The notes beneath the pieces were generated by a model. The model saw only the letters and a program-made list of their open reading frames with translations, was not told where the DNA came from and ran no database searches. 64,000 nucleotides of DNA from the NCBI RefSeq assembly GCF_964204645.1, contig NC_134031.1, positions 310,001-374,000 on the forward strand, written 5' to 3'. Every line of letters begins with the position of its first letter. Within the stretch, counting starts at the first letter, position 1. Origin of the DNA: Tubulanus polymorphus. Its lineage: Eukaryota; Animalia; Nemertea. This document shows positions 50,747 to 64,000 of the stretch, one piece after another. The position numbers were made by a program, and so were the translations under genes.

Positions 50747-52732
50747 CCCCTCCCCCCTCTAGCTCCCTCTAGCTCCCTTAGACGACCATATTGGAAAATA
50801 ACCCTCATTTGATAGCATTTTACGGGTTAATCTGATGTGAGTGGAAGTGATAATGGGAGGACTTTTTCTTTTTTTTAACGTAAAACTTATTGGAAAGATG
50901 ACCAACAGTAAACCCTCATAGAAGCGTTGACGGAATAAATCAATAAATTGTTTATTATATATTTGTGTATTTATATAGATTTATCTAGAAGATAGATACA
51001 GCAGAACGACGCATGCGCACGTCGCTCGAATCCAATAAATACTGATGTAATTGTATAAATGAGTCTTTAATAAATGCGAGTCTTTACCGACACAAATCAA
51101 AGCTTCGTCAATTGTCGAAATGTGATTAATTCATATTTTGTGTTTACCCGTCGCGTCGTTCGGGTGAGGGCTAGGATTCCTCATTTCCTGTACGGTTCAC
51201 GTGTGAGGCCTTAACGATAAACTCATCGAGTACCATCAAACCGCATCACTCTGAATCTCTTCACTACCACTAATCAAAACTTCATACAACGCATCAATAC
51301 CTTGATGACTTCAATTGAATAAGAGCCAATAAACTGAAAACTCTCGTAATGGCCATGTTTCCGGGCCGGAGAGATCGTTCCAATTGTCTGAATTTCCAAT
51401 CTTCTTTCTAGAGTATTAATGGTTATTGCTTCATGCGTTCATAGACCGGTCCTCGCTTGCCGCGGATAGTGTTGTTGCAGTCGTCTGTCCACGTGTCACG
51501 TGTCAGTACACTCATTTATATTGCACCTCATCAGGGATCATCAAAACTTTCATCTGAATTAGATTACTGACAATTAGAATATCATCATTCAATTCGTGAA
51601 CAGTTGACTGTATAGTGAACAGTTGACTGCATAGTTAAAACATTACTAATTCTAATTGTGTAGAGTTTAAACTTACCGACAACCACTGCTGGTAAGACTC
51701 GTTTCTGAGTTGTTAGTTAAGCTATAGAACATTAGTTGATCTTAGACTGGTCTTAAGTTATGGAACTGGCCCCTGAATCCAGATCTGTTATTATCGCTTT
51801 AAATCAGTTGACTTTTAAGTTAAAACATGAAACAAACTAATTTCATATTTAAGTCAAGCAACAACTGTGTCAGCTGGGTCCTGAGGTACCGGGCCGCTTT
51901 GTTGAAAAGAATAGATTATGTTAACCTACTTTCAGAAAATACTCGAACAGCCCTAGACAGCGCTAATCGTTTCGTTGACGTAGTTTCCCTTTTATCACTT
52001 TAAGTTTAGAGTATTATATCAAAGCAACGTGTTAATTGAAAGTGATCATCATCACCTTCCTTTAAATCCCTTTAATCCTCCTTTAACTTCCTTTAAACCT
52101 TCCTTTATAACATCCTAGCGATATTTCTCTTCATTTACACCTTTAACACATTTATAAATTTAAGCTCACATTTTAACCGCTGTTAATCGAAAGCTCCCCC
52201 TGAAGGATGAATGAAGCTACTCACATTATTATATGATTATTATAATTATCATTATTCTTTACCGTCCGTCTAATAATAATTGTAGCCATCATTTCAGTGT
52301 CGAGTTTGACCTTTCTGTCGATAACTGCTACAAAGATCCGGTTAGAATTCATTATTGATAATGTATCTTTACAAATCTAACATCTTTCACGCATTTACGG
52401 CGTTGTATGCGCTGTATTATAGCGAGGTGAATACAATCTTCATCAGGGGGTAAAAACTCCTTTATCGTCATCTACTTGACTTAATGTCGCATTTACCGAC
52501 GAGGGATGACTTAATTGGTGACGCGCGACCGTAGATTCTAAATTAACCCTGAAAAGACGAACTCATCAACAGCGAATGAAGATTCGAATAGGACTGTTGT
52601 GCGTTGAATGGACCTGAGGATATGAGGTGTTCGTGTTAACCATGAGTTTATTACAAGTCTCAGTGATGAATGGATCAGACTCTGACTCTGACTGACTGTT
52701 ATTATACATTTGTAGATGCTCTCTCCTCCCTC

Positions 52733-52776
<44 letters not shown>

Positions 52777-53205
52777 CTCTTTTCATTGTGATCTTATTAT
52801 TGGATGATGGTTTGACACGGGACATTATTAATTAATCAACAAATATACTTGCTACGTGTGGAGGGGAGAGGCAAAGATGGAGGGAGAGGGAGAGGGAGAG
52901 AGAGACAGGGAGAGGCAGGAGAGGGAGAGGGAGACATTGTGTAAGATGGATCGTTCAAGCGACCATCAATCTAAACTCACCGCTCATCCATATTCAACCG
53001 CAATCAGATATCAATCTGAATATCTCACCACACACTGTCTCAATGACTATCACAGAAAATTAACTGTGTCACTGTCAGATTTCAAACCATCAATTGTCGG
53101 GGTGGATAACTAAGAGAAGAACTACAACTCTGTCACTGTCAGGACTGGAAGAAGGGAGAGATCAGAGACAAACTCCAAACAATATCTGCCTCCACGTGCC
53201 TCCAC

Positions 53206-53650
53206 GTCCACTGGTCTCACAGTGACCGCAGTGTCCACTGGTCTCACAGTGACCGCAGTGTCCACTGGTCTCACAGTGACCGCGGTGTCCACTGGTCTCA
53301 CAGTGACCGCAGTGTCCACTGGTCTCACAGTGACCGCAGTGTCCACTGGTCTCACAGTAACCGCGGTGTCCACTGGTCTCACAGTGACCGCAGTGTCCAC
53401 TGGTCTCACAGTGACCGCGGTGTCCACTGGTCTCACAGTGACCGCAGTGTCAAATGGTCACACAGTGACCGCGGTGTCCACTGGTCTCACAGTGACCGCA
53501 GTGTCCACTGGTCTCACAGTAACCGCAGTGTCCACTGGTTTCACAGTAACCGCAGTGTCCACTGGTCTCACAGTGACCGCAGTGTCCACTGGTCTCACAG
53601 TGACCGCGGTGTCCACTGGTCTCACAGTGACCGCAGTGTCCACTGGTCTC
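53206..53650. repeat. 27-bp minisatellite x~16
   Basis: GTCCACTGGTCTCACAGTGACCGCRGT. Confidence 0.95.
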
Positions 53651-54294
53651 GCTACTGTATATAATTCTATGATGATAAACGATGATACATTTTCTTCACT
53701 TCACGCTCGACTTCCACCAATCATTAGCAACAAACAAAGAAAGGTCTAAAGCGGCGACCGATCGAGAGAGACGGGTATCAGCAAGTATCAGCGAGTATCA
53801 GCAAGTATCAGCGTGGCTGGAGAAATAAACGATGTTTTTTATCACGATGACGGCAGCGGAATCTCTCCATCCTCTCTCTCTCTCTCCTATCATTCATATC
53901 AGTGAAAACCGCGTTGACATCCCAACCCGACACCCATTTCTCTGATGAATAATACGTTTTGCCATCAGGCTCGAAACACAATGATATTTCTATTAACTAG
54001 TGAAGATAGCCACTTAACCGGAAATGCATCTTTTACTTCATTTATCATGTTGATATATGCGATGCGAGAAGGTAAAATAATGATTAATGTTTTACCCACT
54101 GGTGGTCAGCCCTCAAGGGTTTTCTTTCACTTGATCTTACTGCGTGATTACATGTATTTACACCACGCACACGCACGCACACGCACTATACACGCACACT
54201 ATGAGTGATTCGATAGAGGATTTATTCTCTATACACATTTTATAACCATTGATGAAAGCATTGTGAATCCGTCGTGTGTCATTAAATCTGAAAT

Positions 54295-54370
54295 GAGAAA
54301 AATCAGAAATGTTTCTTTGAGCTGAAATATTTATTCAAAGTTTCGACTATATCCTAATTAGAATTATACC
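54295..54370 (-). mobile_element. Second decayed Penelope-like remnant
   Basis: Shares AAAATC..GAAATGT.TCTT.GAGCTG..TTTATTCAA.GTTTCG with 14701-14752. Confidence 0.35.
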
Positions 54371-55357
54371 CATGAAAATTACAGCTAGAAAATGACCTTT
54401 TTGAACTCGAGAGGGAGATGTAGCTGAACTTGATTCAGGGTTAGTTGCTTTTAAGAATTTCCATTATTGAACAGTGTATAAAGTCAGTATAAATCATCAA
54501 AGTCTAGTTTGCAGAGATCTGAGACCTGATAACCGATGGTGCAGTAAATGCGAAGGCAGAATTACTAACCAGAGTTTAACTGATTCTATATGAAATTGAT
54601 TACAAACTTTCGGCTACGAGAATTCAAATAGTAGCATCAGGTAAATGAGAGACAGTACCCTGAAGGTTAACTGATTTTATTAGAAATGACTAGACTGATA
54701 CTAGTGCACTATAGCCTCATCAGGTGGAGCGAGGAGGTAACCAACAAAGGTATACCATACAATACTAGACTCAGTTCTCAACATGTTTGTCTTCAAAAAT
54801 ATGAACACTCAAATAAAACACGGGTTTTTATTCCATTTGACTTATTTATTAAGTTGGTTAACAACTAATTCGGGATAGTTCCCTATTGTGTAACGGAGAA
54901 TCGTCGTCAATTGAGCAATGTTTGTAACTTTGAAAAGACGGTGCAAAGAAATATCGCGACGACCGCGCTTAAAAGTGGCACGCAGATTTTTACAAGTATT
55001 TGTCAAGTGTTGTTGGGTGTTTGGTAAAAAACGTGTTAATTTCAATCGTGAATTGATCAAAATGAATTTCAAGTGTTGTTTAGCTGTTCACTTCATTCGT
55101 AATTTTTCTATGGGAAGATTGCTCTCGAGTGCGGTATAAAAATGGAGCCATCCCACTTTAATCGGGGGACGTTGTATTCATGGCGAAGTTGTTTGCACGC
55201 TAAGCAGTTTGAGACCTCCTCCCAGCCGTTTCAATACAATACCAGACAAAAAATACGTGGAATATAGAGATATGTGAAATATATTGAGTTATTTGAGACA
55301 CGCATTTCTGTTAAATATGAGAGAGTTCAGTAACCGATAGAGAACAGCAGTCATAGA

Positions 55358-55686
55358 GGGACCCAAGTTGCACAGTCGTGGTCCAAAAGTGGAATTGAAC
55401 TGCCCCTCCTCGTGGCCCAAAAGTGGTCTTCGATCTTAAAACTGGTCTTCAGTTGTTAGATTGGTAATATAACTAAAATGAAGTTAGATTGGTCTTAAGT
55501 TGACCATAAAACTAAGATGGCATGAAAGCTGGTCTTGAATCTGTTTGAACTGCACCCGCCCCCCCCCCCCCCGATCCAGTTACACAATTTACTGCTGGGT
55601 TATAACTTTACTGTAGGCTCAAGTGATTGGTGCTGATTCTATCGGCCCAATAGTATTTAACTACTTGCAACGCTGGAATTGGGTTC
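55358..55686. mobile_element. Two adjacent degenerate MITEs of the same TIR family
   Basis: GGGACCCAAGTTGCACAG...CTGTTTGAACTGCACCC and GATCCAGTTACACAA...CTGGAATTGGGTTC. Internal AGTTGTTAGATTG / GGTCTTGAATC-type motifs recur near 1984, 51700, 60080, 61060 and 63000. Confidence 0.45.
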
Positions 55687-57880
55687 AACGTTCTGACTTG
55701 AACTGAAAGGTAAAAATCATTGGATGGTCTGAATTCAGTTCAAAAGTCTCAAACTTAACTCACAACAAATTATATAGAATCATATACGACGAAATTTGTG
55801 AAACCACGAACTTTCGGCGGTTGACTTGTATACAGCTATCAACAGTCGCAATGAAATTCTATTGTGGGACTTAAAAACAATTCAAATACGTGTAGGGCTA
55901 CCATCGATAACGGATTTATTAGCTATTAGATAAACCCATCAGTGAAACCAGGTCCAATCATAAATTCTGGGTTCAATCTTAAAACGTAAATTCATCGCGA
56001 TCGGAATGACGAGATTTGAGCTGAAATCTGTTAAACAGCAGCAGCAGCAGCACGCTGATTCGAGGACCTGAATTCAGACACTCGCGCCGCAACTAATAAT
56101 AACGTATTAAACACCGTAAAAAAACTCGGTTCATAACCTTCACACAATGATACGATAAATGACGGAGTAACGCGCAGCAAAATAATTGCAGTACAGAAAT
56201 TGCTAATGAGAAGTGTTGATTATGGATCGTTTGTGGTGTTATAATGAAAATAATGAGTAATTTGTTATGTATATAGATGATTCATTAACCGACCTATATA
56301 TCTACATAAAAAACATCGTATAATATCCTCAGTGTTATCAATGGTTTTATTAGTTCAATTCATTTGATGTGGTTATTAGACACGAAATTACATTACGTTT
56401 ACCGCGATTTGACACTTGTCTGAACGGCAGTCAGTCGTAATTAGGTGCTACTAACAACCATCCCTGATTGTCGTCAGCAGAGTAACGGTTTCTGGAAATA
56501 CTTATCTGTCCCCTCTGACATACGCAGAGCTGTCAACCATCCCCCATTGTCAGCAACAGACCCAGAAAATACTTTTCCCCTAGAAACTCCTAGGTTTATT
56601 TTGACTGGAATCTATCCCCCTCATTCCACCTGTCCTCTCTCTCCCTCTCCCCCCTCTGAAAATGTCTATAGAACTTTTCATCAAACGTTCAATTTTTCTA
56701 TTGTGAGAAGTCAATTTAATTTGTACAATTAGTATTATTAGGTAAATATGGCGTGAACAGCTGTAGCGCTGGAGGTCTCGTCGCCTCAGCGGGCCGGTGG
56801 GCGCTATAGGTCTCGCCGCCTGGTGCGCGTGTGCATGATATCTTCAATCAAAATGTTACCTGATTTTGTGAATTGTATTCAGTTTTTTAAATGAGGTTTA
56901 TTTGTTGTATGTAATTAGTTGAGTGAACAGGTTGTACTGAGATGTACATACACTGCGCACATGTGTCACTCTAATGACGATGGCAAATTTTTGAGATTTT
57001 TAAAAATATTTTTTTTCTATATCAATGAAACATGAAATTGAAGTTTTACACCAGCACCAGCAAGGCCTTGTGGGAAAATCGTATTTCCTCTACTCGAAAG
57101 CTCAATAATTATATCAATAATTAATATGAAAAATCGGGTGGTGTCAAGGTCACAATTTGGGGTCAAACCCTTGCTGATTGAATTAGGAGACAAAACAGTA
57201 AATCATTGATTTGAATTCAATTTAGGATTCAATTTCAGAAATCAGTTCTAAATGACGTCTTGATAAGAACCGGAGGTTGTCAGTAAGGTGTTTCGTTTGA
57301 TACCAGGTCCAGTCGACTCGGGGTAAGAGAAAGAACCGATAGATAAAATCATATCATATCAATGATAATATCATAATGATGATTTAATCCCATCCTCGCT
57401 TGCCAGGGGTCCGGTATCACTCCCGAACTCGCTTCCACCAGTTCGGGGAACAGCTTTAGCGTAGTGGGTTCGAATCCCTTGACGGGTGAAGATGATTTAA
57501 TCCCAGGTCCACACAGCTTCTCTACAACAACTCGGAAGAGAGTAAAAGAAATCAAAGTGATACGTATTATAGTGATCATTGAAGTCAGTATATCGGATCA
57601 GTATTCTTTGTCAGCTGCGTCGAGGTTCGTTTTTCGAATCGCTAGAGAATCAAAAACGTCTTCGCTGTAAAAATTACTCGAGCTTATTTTATAGATCCGT
57701 CATAAGGGAATTCTTCAAGCTGTCAAATAACGTCTCTGAGCAGACGATTGAAATTCCAGCAGCTCTGGACTCGACACAAGGCTCATTTGTCGCGTTGCGC
57801 CCGATTACACCGTAAACTTAGTGAAGCTATGAAACTTGCAGCCAAACTGAATGTAAATAGGTTCGTGTCAGTACTTTAAT

Positions 57881-58060
57881 AGGACTGACACAGTCACAGA
57901 GTCTGTACGGCCAGAGTCCTGTTCCTGGGGGAGGACTGACACAGTCACAGAGTCTGTACGACCAGAGTCCTGTTCCTGGAGGAGGACTGACACAGTCACA
58001 GAGTCTGTACGACCAGAGTCCTGTTCCTGGAGGAGGACTGACAGTCACAGAGTCCGTACA
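57881..58060. repeat. 51-bp minisatellite x~3.5
   Basis: AGGACTGACACAGTCACAGAGTCTGTACGACCAGAGTCCTGTTCCTGGAGG. Confidence 0.9.
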
Positions 58061-58676
58061 ACCAGCCCTAGTGTCCGAGGAGTGGCTTGGGTGAAGTCAA
58101 TTATTCCAGACACACGTAAAGCCCGGTTCCAGCTGGGGCGCTGACTGCTACAGCGTCCTGCAGGGTCTTCATTCAGTAGGCCAACATTTTAAAAAACCGT
58201 AGAGCCCATAAAACCATAGAGGAGGGGGGTTGATCAGTTTTTAGCAAAACGAGTCCTGACTATTCCTGAAGTCTGGAAGGCGACAAACTGCCGCAACCCG
58301 CCTTTGACATTTTTCTGTTTCTCGTCCAAAATCTGTCAGTCAAACTGTGAAAGAAACTAAACTTTGATCGTTTATTCACAATTTATTTCTTCTCGATGTT
58401 CATAGGAAAGAGTTGAGACGAGATGTTGTGTGTAGAACTTCAGAGTGATTACGGTGGTATATCTTTTATCAGAAGTCGTCAGTGTGGACGCGTGAACATC
58501 TAATTGACAATAATACAGAGTCTGGGAACTATTAAGACAATTCTCTTGGTAGCAGTTGAGCTTTAGAGACAATCTAGGAAACCCAATGATGTGCACATAA
58601 TCATAGAGAGCCGGATTCAAATCATATACGTGAACATTATTTCAATTCACTGCAACATCGACTAACTTTACATGCA

Positions 58677-58932
58677 CCACCACTTCTAGTGGTACTGCGG
58701 GGCCTGTGGCTCCGGTACTGCTGGGCCTGCAGCCCACTGCGGGGCCCACCACTTCTAGTGGTACTGCGGGGCCTGTGGCTCCGGTACTGCTGGGCCTGCA
58801 GCCCACTGCGGGGCCCACCACTTCCAGTGGTACTGCAGGGCCTGTAGCTCCAGTACTGCTGGGCTCACCACTTCTAATGGTACTGCGGGGCCCACCACTT
58901 CCAATGTACTGCAGTTCCAGTACTGCTGGGCC
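58677..58932. repeat. GC-rich 69-bp repeat built from ACTGCGGGGCC-like subunits
   Basis: Two near-perfect copies plus degenerate copies. Confidence 0.85.
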
Positions 58933-60466
58933 TTGTATGTTCATATCGGAAATTGGCCCAGTTCCCTCGGAATGGGAGCAGCCCCACCACGGTAAGCCCA
59001 GCCCCACCAGCTCCACAGTCCAACTAAGGGCTAAGCTTCCTTCCGATTTGACTCTGGATCCAGTTCCTTAATTTTGAGACGATCCTAGTCTGAGTCTGAT
59101 GGCGTCGCTCGATAGAACGGTGTCACGTTTTAATGAAAGTCGTAACCTCGCAGTACTGATTGGTTTATAGGTTTCTCATCCCATTTCATTGTTTAAGTGT
59201 ATTCATAATTATGTAAGCTGTGTCTTCATAATTCAATACTAGGCTAATTTTGTTAGCGGGAGAACTGAAGATAGGATTAAACTGTAAAAAGTCTCTCTAT
59301 CTGAGACATCTTGAATACAGTATATTATAACGAATTCAGATTTATCGACAAAGCAGCTAAAGAGGTGTATAATGCATTCACACACAGAGAGTGACAGACA
59401 GACCGATCGCTGCGGGGGGTCGAGAGAGACAGGTGATACTGTCATTGACACAAACTGCGCGCTCGGTGTCAATGATTAAAACTCTATCCATTCTAAAACG
59501 CGTCGAGTTATCTGAGTTTATGTGCGAGGCCCGGGGACACTTCACAGTAACAGTCACACACACCGATAACCGCTCTCTCGTACAATAGACATCAACCACA
59601 CGACAGTCGTCAACGCGTTGTTGTTTAAGATGTAACCGATGATTTGTGAATTATCAATTCATTCTGCAGGTTTTTACAGGATGCTGAAGATGTGTGGAAC
59701 TCGCAAAGTGCGTCAACACGATATACACTCATTAAATACCGCGCGCGTGCGCTTCAACCGTTTACAGAAAAATAAACCATTATTTTCTGTTTCAAACAAT
59801 TATAATTCTCTGTACGTCTGTCTGTCTGTCTGTCTGGAATAGAAGTTTTTATCTATTTTAGTTAATGTGTAATGGGTCAAACATCGAAGAAAAGAGGGAA
59901 ATTAAATCCGTATATTTTTACTCGGCATTTAAAAAAGTAAAAACAATAATGTTTTCACTCAACCCCAGAGTCAGAGAATTCGAACTGTTGAGCTGAGTTC
60001 AGGGGTTACGGTTTTAACCGGGGTCAAGTTGTACAGGTCATAACTTATGTCCCAAAGTGGTTTTAAAAATCATGAGATTGGTTTTTAAGTTGTTAGATTG
60101 TGGTTATAGAACTAGAATGGTCTCAGACTTGTCTTAACCTAACACATACCCAACACATTAATACGAATCTGAACCTAGTGCATAAAAAATAAGAAATGGT
60201 TTAGATAAGATTAATTATTTTGGTCGGATGGATTCCATTGACACCGGGACAATGAGATTTTAATAATTGAAATATAACGGACATCGTTTGGTGGAGGGTG
60301 GAGAGGGTATCTGTTCAGGTAGCTATCATTGTATAAAACCCGTTTAATCAGATATTACTGTAAATCTAATTGAAATATTAATTATTCATAGCGAGAATCT
60401 GATGACCAAATATGGGATGTGACGTCGATGAGAAAATGAGCCCCGCGAACACCGCGACACAAGAGC

Positions 60467-60751
60467 TCAACAATCACAATCATCTAGTCTATACGTTCAA
60501 CAATCACAATCACAATCATCTAGTCTATACACTCAACAATCACAATCATCTAGTCTATACGTTCAACAATCACAATCACAATCATCTAGTCTATACACTC
60601 AACAATCACAATCATCTATTCTATACGCTCAACAATCACAATCATCTATTCTATACGCTCAACAATCACAATCATCTAGTCTATACGTTCAACAATCACA
60701 ATCATCTATTCTATACGCTCAACAATCACAATCACAATCATCTAGTCTATA
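60467..60751. repeat. 30/36-bp minisatellite
   Basis: CAACAAT(CACAAT)1-2CATCTAKTCTATACRYT x~9. Confidence 0.92.
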
Positions 60752-61017
60752 CCTGGTATTCTTATTCTGCTCATGAAATAGAACGGTTTTGAATGAATAG
60801 AAAATTGAAGTTGTTGTGAATTTTGCGCTTTACAGGAAACAGTGGACAATCAGGGAAATAGAGTAGGTTGTTTCCGAATAAATTTAGTAAAATTCATCTT
60901 GAAGACTCGAGCGGCTTAGAGTCAGGTTTATCGGTTTATACGCGGGGTAAAGATGGGTCTACTGTATTTGGTAAATGATGATGTTTACATTTTCATGTAA
61001 AAATCAGTGTCATACAG

Positions 61018-61151
61018 GGGTCAGTTTTACACACACACAGTCAGGGCTTAGATTTAATACCGATTCAAGACCATCTTTAGTTCTGACAGCTTTAAGATTT
61101 ATCTTCTTCAAGACAACTACTTTGAGACAAAGTCACGACTGCTACTGGAAC
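61018..61151. mobile_element. Degenerate MITE flanked by CAG/CAG
   Basis: CAG|GGGTCAGTTTTACAC...ACTGGAAC|CAG; internal GATTCAAGACCAT shared with 1984-1996. Confidence 0.4.
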
Positions 61152-61872
61152 CAGGAATTCACTGCATCTTCAAATCATCGTTGAAGTTATCTAGAAAGGA
61201 ACACGAACAATTTCAAAGCGCATGAATATTTTTTTCTGGCCCGTGCCGAATATGAATGAAACGCGTAACTCATATAGAAACAGTAATGAGGCTACAATCA
61301 CCGAGCAAATCACACAATTTGATTCACAGAAAATTAGCCACCAATTTTACTAGTATATCACTTTTTGATTTTGCAATGATTGCTCTTTCTGTGACGTATT
61401 GGTATAAATAACCGGGTCTAACTCGGGCGATCTGGTCTCCGGCAGCGCAGTGATAAACCCCCATTTCATATCAAATACTCTATATAATCACTGCGCATTA
61501 TTTTTTTCTCGATGGATAATGGGATGATTATTTTTCGGCTGTAATTATCGCATCTCGCGTAGGAATTAAAGTAATTTGCGTCGCTCGATTATTCGCGATT
61601 TAATCTGGGTTGATTCGATTACAGAATCATGACTAGAAGCTGATAGTTTATATCTGTGTGTATTTATGTTTGATTCTCGTTCTCGCGCCTTCACCGTCGC
61701 TATTTACTCCTTTTTTTTATTACTGAAAGAAAGAACATTATTGGTGCGTTTTCGACCGGGAAACTGATTGAAAAAATTGTAATAAATTGAAATCCAATCA
61801 GGTGGTGACCGGTCAGGTGTGGTGACTCGACTCACTAACCCTATCAGGCCATCACCAGGAATTCCTGCTACC

Positions 61873-62173
61873 AAAAATACCTCACCGGCCCCAAGAATGG
61901 CCCCAACCCTAGTACAGCTCAGCCAGTAACCCTAACCCTAGCTAGACCATAACCCTAACCCTAGGTCGGCCATAACACGTAACCCTAACCCTAATTCCTG
62001 CTGTGACCCTAACCCTAGCTAGACCGTAACCCTAACCCTAGCACGACTCGAACCTGCGACCTCCAGTATGCCAGCCGAGCATTCTAACCACTAGACCATA
62101 GACCAGTGGTGACTGAGGCAGTTGGTAGGTTTGTCTGGTCAATGCGGGTGACCTGATGACCAGTCAGGTGTGG
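61873..62173 (-). mobile_element. tRNA-derived SINE-like element with telomeric (TTAGGG) modules, copy 2
   Basis: 62041-62173 aligns ungapped to 8311-8443. A box TGGTCTAGTGGTT, B box GGTTCGAGTC, five TAACCCTAACCCTA-type units at 61927-62041, T5 at 61873-61877. Confidence 0.75.
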
Positions 62174-62765
62174 ACAATACCTGCTAGATCATTATCGGTT
62201 GATTGAAACAGTTTCGTTCCAGCACAGCAATTTTTGTTTGGGCCTCCAGACGTGCCCCCAGCATCCTGAGCGCCCCAGCATCCTGGCCCCCCAGCATCCT
62301 GAGCGCCCCATCCACGTGACACAACCGAGGTCTCAATAATGCGCATACTTTCATTAGTCAAATCTTACGAGCAGCAACATTCAGCATCCCAGCAGCATCC
62401 AGCACCAATAGCAACCAACCATCTCAAACGTCGTCCAGTAAAGGGATGTGTGTATTTTTTTATAATCTTGATTTATGTTGCATACATGAGTTTCCTCGTT
62501 GGTTTCATCAGTGCCTCGTTACTAAGGTTACTAATAAACTATTGAACAGACGATGACGCTATGATGTATGGGATACTTCACTGAACGGCCTGGTGACGCG
62601 ACATCTCAACATCTCTTAAAATTATCACAATACTTCACTGAACGGCCTGGTGACGCGACATCTCTTAAAATTATCACAATACTTTACTTAGGAAAACAGA
62701 AGACAAATTGAGCATCTTGCAATTTATAGAATAGAATTTGTTTCTGAAAAATATAGTAAAGACAG

Positions 62766-62917
62766 GGTTCAGTTCCACAGTTCCGAGTTAAGATTTAACT
62801 CAAAGTTAATTCATTGAAAATGAACTGATTTCAAGTCGGAGTTAACTGTAACTCACAACTGTGGAACTGGATCCTCAGTTCAGAGTTAACTGTAACTCAC
62901 AACTGTGGAACTGGATC
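62766..62917. mobile_element. PIF/Harbinger-like MITE, 17-bp TIR, CAG target-site duplication
   Basis: CAG|GGTTCAGTTCCACAGTT ... AACTGTGGAACTGGATC|CAG; the last ~36 bp is tandemly duplicated. Confidence 0.65.
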
Positions 62918-64000
62918 CAGGTCTACATTTTCCCACCACGTTTGGATCTTGGGTACAGTCAATACTTAAGTAAAAAAAAAAATCGCCTCAACTCTCCGTA
63001 AGTTGTTAGATTGGTTTAGAACCAGTGTCTGGTCTAATCTAAGTTTTGTTAAGTTGTTGAGATTGACTGAATAATCGAAATGACCAGGTTTAAAGATCGT
63101 TGACTTGTGCGGCCCTCGCGCGCGGTTGTGGTAACGCGGAATATGCATCAGCGATTCGTCCTTTGATTTCTATTGCAATCATCTCTAGTTTCTATTCGGT
63201 TATTCTATCTGCTGTAACTGGTCATTTTACCGCTTAAACTGACATCGCCTTATTCATAATTCACACGTGAACTAGAAGATATTCTCGGTATCTAATGTCG
63301 CAAGTTCTTCAGTCTACGTGGAGCCCGCCGCCGCTGAAATGTACAACAATAAGGCTAGGATATAGAACATAAGGGGATGATTGTAGCCAGTGAAGTAGCC
63401 GGTAAGAGGCTCACTGGTCCAATTCGCGCTGTATCAGTTTTTGGCACCTGACAAAAGACATAAACTTATCTATAATCTATTCAGATCAAATTCGACTCTG
63501 TAAACGCGGTTTGCGTTTCATAAAAACCTGTACTGTTCACATCAAGTGAGAGAGTGTTTGTACGTAAGGATGAAATAGTAGCGGTCTCCCTCCTCTCTCT
63601 CTCTCTCCCTCTCCCTCTCTCTCTCTCCTCTCATAACAATTCTAATGTGTTTAATACACTTTATCGAATATTAATGAGCTGCTGAACTTCACAAAGTTTC
63701 TCTAACAAAAGACTAACAATGTAATGACAGTACTGAAGTTATTACAGTGTAGTCATTTAACTGTCAAACTGAGGGAGAGAGAGAGGGGGAGAGAGGGGAT
63801 TAGCGGTAGCTTGACGTTTCGGACAGGACAGCTGTTTTAACGCTTCTATTTCACACTAACAACAACAAAGAATCAAATTCTATTCATTAAAGCAAAAATC
63901 TTTGTCAGTTGAAATTATTTTTTTTCTTAATTTTAAAATCTGTTAAATTTAGATAATTAAATAATTATTCTTAGAAAAAAATGTCCTTAATAGTTGAAGA

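Noticed and set aside
61927-62041. CRISPR-like repeat-spacer pattern, or a true chromosome end
   Set aside because: Repeats are 15-bp telomere motifs, spacers are 8-15 nt and partly shared between loci, and the tract is short and internal.
62478-62516. Minimal hammerhead on the minus strand (CTGATGA...GAAAC..GTA)
   Set aside because: Stem II cannot pair and stem I is only 3 bp; probably chance.

Overview
AT-rich, repeat-dense eukaryotic (invertebrate animal) genomic DNA; nothing here is prokaryotic. I recognise only one protein-coding segment: a ~2.3-kb minus-strand terminal exon (25204-27535) of a Prdm3/16-family transcription factor (MECOM/EVI1, PRDM16, hamlet, egl-43). It carries EVI1-equivalent zinc fingers 4-7, PFDLT/PLDLT CtBP motifs, fingers 8-10 and an acidic tail. 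I could not find exons for the PR/SET domain or fingers 1-3, but there is a candidate TATA promoter with an in-frame micro-exon ~6 kb upstream. The rest is gene-desert/intronic DNA with many micro- and minisatellites and small mobile elements. Most notable are (i) a two-copy element joining a tRNA-like Pol III promoter to spacer-interrupted TTAGGG telomeric repeats and a T5 run, and (ii) a PIF/Harbinger-like MITE family whose terminal inverted repeat plus CWG target site has amplified into minisatellites. I judged all other ORFs in the track non-coding (simple-repeat artefacts or no recognisable motif). Repeat boundaries were read by eye and are approximate.
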